DNA from: the human T2T-CHM13v2.0 reference genome, Homo sapiens
Strand: one strand, 5' to 3'
Assembly (NCBI RefSeq): GCF_009914755.1
Contig: NC_060926.1
DNA length: 64,000 nucleotides
Shown here: positions 59,462-64,000 of the stretch, one piece after another
Layout: every line of letters starts with the position of its first letter
How positions within the stretch are numbered: the stretch's first letter is position 1
Made by a program: the position numbers and the translations under genes
The notes under the pieces: generated by a model
What the model was told of the DNA's origin: nothing
Seen by the model: only the letters and a program-made list of their open reading frames with translations
The model's database searches: none

Positions 59462-60069
59462 TCATACACTCTTTTAAAAATAGATTAATAGTAGACACCT
59501 CACAACTCACTCTATAAAGCCAATATTACTCTAATATCAAGGGCATTACAAGAAAAGAACATTCTAGTACAACATCCCTAGTAACAGAGCGTAAAACGTA
59601 ATAATATAAAATAAATAACAACACAAATTCAGAGATATACAAAAAATTATTATACACTATGGCCAAGTAAAATTTATCTCAGGAATACTGTTGTTTAACA
59701 TCTTAAAATCAAACAGTGTATTCCACTGCTTTACCGTAACAAAAGACAAAATCATGTGTTCACCTCAGTAGATGCAATAAAACCATATGGCAAAGTCAAA
59801 AATCCATTTTTATAACAAATGTCAACAAGTAAGAGTGAAAGTTAATTTCTTCAACTTGATGTAGAGCACCCATAAAACACTAAAGCGAATGTTACTGGTA
59901 AAAGACTACATGCTTTCCCCTTAAAACAATGTTCAATATTATCCTTGAGGTTTTGGCCAGTGAAATAGAACAATACATAGACTTAAAGACATCCAGAATG
60001 GAAAGGAAAAGGTAATGTGGTCTTTGTTCACAGGTAATATTATCCTTTATGTATAAAATTCTAACATAA

Positions 60070-60215
60070 AAAGCCTACTTAATATAATAAAGAAGGCTAC
60101 TAAATCTAATAATCTCAACCTAATAAAAAGGCCATTACTGCTACTAATTCTAAATCTAATAAAATCTGCTAAATCTAAAGCTACTAAATATAATAAAAGG
60201 GATACTAAATCTAAG
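60070..60215 (+). repeat. Degenerate minisatellite (about 7 copies of a ctactaaatctaataa core) inside old L1 ORF2
   Basis: Recurring ctactaaatctaa / ctactaaatataataaa / ctgctaaatctaa units. Confidence 0.7.
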
Positions 60216-60848
60216 AATGAGAGTACAAACTATTAAATTTCTGGTCAATTGATTATTGATACAGATGTCAACGCAAATCAATAGAAAACAAATATTTTCA
60301 AAAAGTAGTGCAAGAACAATGGGACATGCATGCACACATGCACACACACTCACATACACACATACACATTTACAGTTAGATTCTTAATTCACATAGTACA
60401 CAATTAAGATAGATCAGAAACCTACATGTAATATCTAAAACTATAAAATTTCTAGTGGAAAGTATATAAGAAAATCTGTATGACTTTGAATTAGGCAAAG
60501 TGTTCTTAGGTGTGACAACAAAAATATGAGCTATAAAAGAAAATGTGACAAATTGACCTTTCTAAACATGAAAAAATGGTTTTACTTTAAGTCACCATTA
60601 ATAAAATGAAAATACAAGCTACAGAATGGTAGAATATTTGTTAGTTTCATAGCTGATAAATGACATATATGCAGAGTATATAAAGAACTTTTACAATTAA
60701 AAACAGGAAAATTGGCAAACCAATTCAAAAACAGGCAAAAGGCTTGAATAGACATTTTAACAAGGAAGACATACTAACAGTTGAGTTTTATGGCACTATT
60801 GCCAAAAAGAAATTAGGTGTACCTTTGAATTGCTACAGTCTCCAAGCC

Positions 60849-60923
60849 TATACATGATGAATTAGCATGACTACTTATAATTCTGGCAGAATTATAAGTA
60901 GTCATGCTAATTCATCATGTATA
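60849..60923. repeat. Perfect palindrome: 37-bp arms, 1-nt spacer
   Basis: tatacatgatgaattagcatgactacttataattctg-G-cagaattataagtagtcatgctaattcatcatgtata; arms are exact reverse complements. Confidence 0.98.
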
Positions 60924-62929
60924 CACATGCTCTGTACACAAACCATTTGTTGCCACCTGGCTGAATTTTAAAAATTTATTCCTTTCCACAGAACTGGTAC
61001 AGTGAGTTTGTTAATGCAGTAACAAAATCTATCTTATATATTTAAAGAAAATAAAAATGAGTGGTAAATCTTGCCTTAATCTAAGATTTTTTTTGAAGTA
61101 AGTGATCATTCCTGAAATTTTCAAGTGGGAGAAATATCAGACTAATTCCAACTGAATAGCAGAATAGTAATCAAAATTTTAAAAAGGGAATTTATAAATG
61201 TATTTATTTTGCTGAGATAGATGACATGAATTCATTACACTTAAATCTTTGCATTCTTAGGCAATGTCTCTGTAGGGCATTGAGCATAATAACTCATCAA
61301 TTATCAGAAACTGTAGATTCAGTTCACCCAGCATAATTATTGTGCTGAATATACCTTGGTTACAATCAATTATGTCACTGCTGTTACTTTTACAGTATTG
61401 CTTTATTATTACAGTTTTCCAACTGGTCATGTCCTTTCCAGTCTAATTCCAAAGCATATATTTATTGCTTTTTTATAAAATAGACAATTACATTTTTATC
61501 AGCAAAATTCTGATATTGATTAAATTAATGGTAAATAGAATCTTGAGAGAGTTAATTAAATGGATTACAATCAAATCAATTGTTGTGTGGTCCTTTTTAT
61601 AAGCACAGATTTTATTTTCATATGATTAAGTTTATAGAATGGAGCCGATGTCCTTTTTCAAAGAGACGAAGGGAAAAGTGTAGCCATCAGCACTTACAGA
61701 TACTAATGTGATGGTTGCCGTAAAGTCACAAGCCGTTTGCCCAGAACAATAAAGTTTATCATATAGAAATGGACCTGATATCATAACTTGTTATTTGTTG
61801 GATAGTAACAATTTATTTGTGAATAAAAATACTTTCAATTTGCTGGTTAAAAATATAGATTGCCAAGCAAAAGTACTGAACACAGAATCTTTCGAAGTTA
61901 ATTTTTATTTTGTTGTAGGACACAAACAAGCTATCAATATTAAAGCTGTATTTGAAGGTAGTACTTTAACTTCATTTTCTGGAGTTTCACCTAAACAGAA
62001 AAACGTAAAGTAGATTCTTTTCTTATGTGTGTTGGAAAAAAAGGCCTCTAAAATAGAGCAATAGTCTTTTTTTTTTTAGCTTTGCAATCGTTTCTCACAC
62101 TAATACCTAGGGTTGCTAGAATAAAACTTTATATAACGCATTACAATGCAATTTTCCTTAAATTTTACAAAATTGCAGGAACCTCCTTATATTTTATCTT
62201 TACTACAATCTCAACCACTTTCTAACCATTGTTACTAACTGGAGTTTAAACATAACGATATAATAATAGCTCTTGCCTACACATCTCCATTAAGCCTTAA
62301 GTTTTCAGCGTCAACTGGATAAAATTTATAATTTTTAAGGTAAAATTCAAGGCATTACATGTCTGACATGGCCATAACTAATTGGCTTATTACCCATCCC
62401 CTATGAAATCTTTGCTTTCATCAGACTCAAATATTTACACTTGCACACACACACACACACCCCCTGCATTCTCCCAAAGTAAGGCTGTGATCATGCTGCT
62501 ACCTCCATAAGGAACGCTATTTGGCAATCTCTGTCTTATGAAATCCTAATCATGCCTCAAAGTCTTATCAAGTCTCTTTTTCTGAGAGATCCTTCTGGGT
62601 CTTTGGCTGAGTACTAGTATGCATATGACAAAGAGGAAACTAAGGCCAGTAAAAGAACCAATATAAGAGAGTAGATTGATGTATTTCCTGAGCTAACACA
62701 TGAAAAAGGGAATAATTTGTGCTCTTATAAACTAGAGAGTTAAGTCTTCATAGTATAAGGCATATTAGGTAAAGTCATCAGAAATTCATCACCTTAGTGG
62801 GAGAAATTAAGGCTACACTAAATGCTGCTCTGATCTTGCCATTACAAATATTAGAAGGAAGACTTGAAATGATCACACTTACCTGAAAATAACAAAACTG
62901 CATGCCAGAACTAAATCCCAAAAAAAGTT

Positions 62930-64000
62930 ATTTAAAGGAATGCAACAAAATCCAGAAACCAATTACAAAAAATCATAAGATCTTGCATCCAATAAAAATC
63001 CCCAGACATGCACAGAAGGTGGAATATTTGACACATAGCTAGTAGAAAAATAAATAGTTACAAAGATATCCAGAATTACGGAGGTCAAAGCAACAACAAC
63101 AACCAGCAATCAAGGACATAAAGGAACACTTATACAATAAGATCTATATTATAAGAAGTTAGAGAAATATGTGAGCATAATGAAAGTCACACGAAAGTTA
63201 TAAAATGACACAAATCACACTGTAAAATAAAAACTATTATCAAAATGATAAATATACTGGATAGCATTAATGGTTGAATAGACATTGCAAAAAGGAAGAA
63301 AAATAATTTAAAGACATAGCTGTAGAAACAATTTAGAATAAGTCACAGAAATAAACAATAAATGACTGAGATTAGTGACCTGTATAACAGTATCAGATAG
63401 TCTACCACCTGTATTCTGATTGGCCTAGAAGGTGGTGAAAGCAAAAAACTTTGGATAAATAATTGCCCAAGTTATTTTGTATTGATGACAATTATGTATC
63501 CACTCATTCAAGAAACTCAGAAAACTACAAGCAGAATAAACATAGGGAAAACCATGGCAAGGCATATCAGATTCCACTACTGTATAGGGAATGTCCTTAA
63601 CCTGATTTAAAAAATTACAAAATCTGTAATTAGCATGGTCCCTATTGATGAATTATGTCCATTCTCAGTTGTATTAAATGTAAGTCTGATGGACCTTATC
63701 TATGAATAAGGATTAAAAGTAAATAAAAGCATACAAATTTAAAAGCAGGAAGCAACACTAAATAATCTTCTATGTAGAAAATTCTGTGTAATATTAATAA
63801 ACTTACTGTAAAAATATGATATTTTTTAAATATCTCAGGGCATTAGATTATCAAAAACATATTAATTCTATTTTTATGTATAAGCCAGGAACAAGGAGAT
63901 GGAAACAGCAAAAAAAACATAAAATATTTAGTAATATATTTTTTGAAGGTTTACAACACATATACACTCAAAATTGCAAAGAAAAATAGAGAAAATAAAG
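62930..64000 (+). mobile_element. Ancient L1M ORF1 region (to about 63600) and ORF2 fragment
   Basis: aatatactggatagcattaatggttgaatagacattgc; cattcaagaaactcagaaaactacaagcagaataaa; atcttctatgtagaaaattct. Confidence 0.7.

Larger units (their letters stand above)
56557..60772 (-). mobile_element. Ancient L1MB7/8-like element with a large 5' inversion
   Basis: Minus-strand 3' end from 56557 to about 57345; plus-strand ORF2 at about 57346-57530 and 59480-60772; TSD actaacagttcaattt (56541) / actaacagttgagttt (60773). Confidence 0.8.

Noticed and set aside
60849-60923. Calling the palindrome MADE1/mir-548 or a named miRNA
   Set aside because: Sequence does not resemble the MADE1 TIR and I cannot match it to a known miRNA
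61919-61957. 39-nt open segment (GHKQAINIKAVFE) after a good acceptor, plus similar lone acceptors near 10249, 38817, 46591, 47094 and 56060
   Set aside because: Weak or absent donors, no recognisable protein, and such sites are frequent in T-rich DNA

Overview
This is AT-rich primate (human-like) nuclear DNA. I can support no host protein-coding gene, RNA gene or CRISPR array. The window is dominated by decayed transposable elements: an ERVL (HERV16-like) pol/dUTPase remnant with an LTR16A-like 3' LTR, a near full-length Tigger1 nested in an old L1, six Alus (all on the + strand), solo LTRs (MER73/74-like, MER50, MLT1H-like, LTR12, LTR32), Tigger3 and piggyBac MER75B MITEs, L2/MIR relics, and many L1s including a full-length but inactivated L1PA4-like copy (49599-55744). 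The ORFs I can recognise are pieces of these elements; the rest look spurious. I did not find a convincing new biological system. The most unusual structures are (1) a mismatch-free 37+1+37 bp palindrome at 60849-60923, (2) a 5'-inverted L1PA6-like copy nested inside an ancient 5'-inverted L1MB whose target-site duplication is still readable, (3) a MER4-LTR/L1 patchwork with several internal deletions, (4) signs of templated-insertion repair around an internally deleted L1PB, and (5) an LTR12 solo LTR with a CCAAT array. Subfamily names come from recalled consensus sequences, not from a database search. Boundaries without a stated TSD are approximate.
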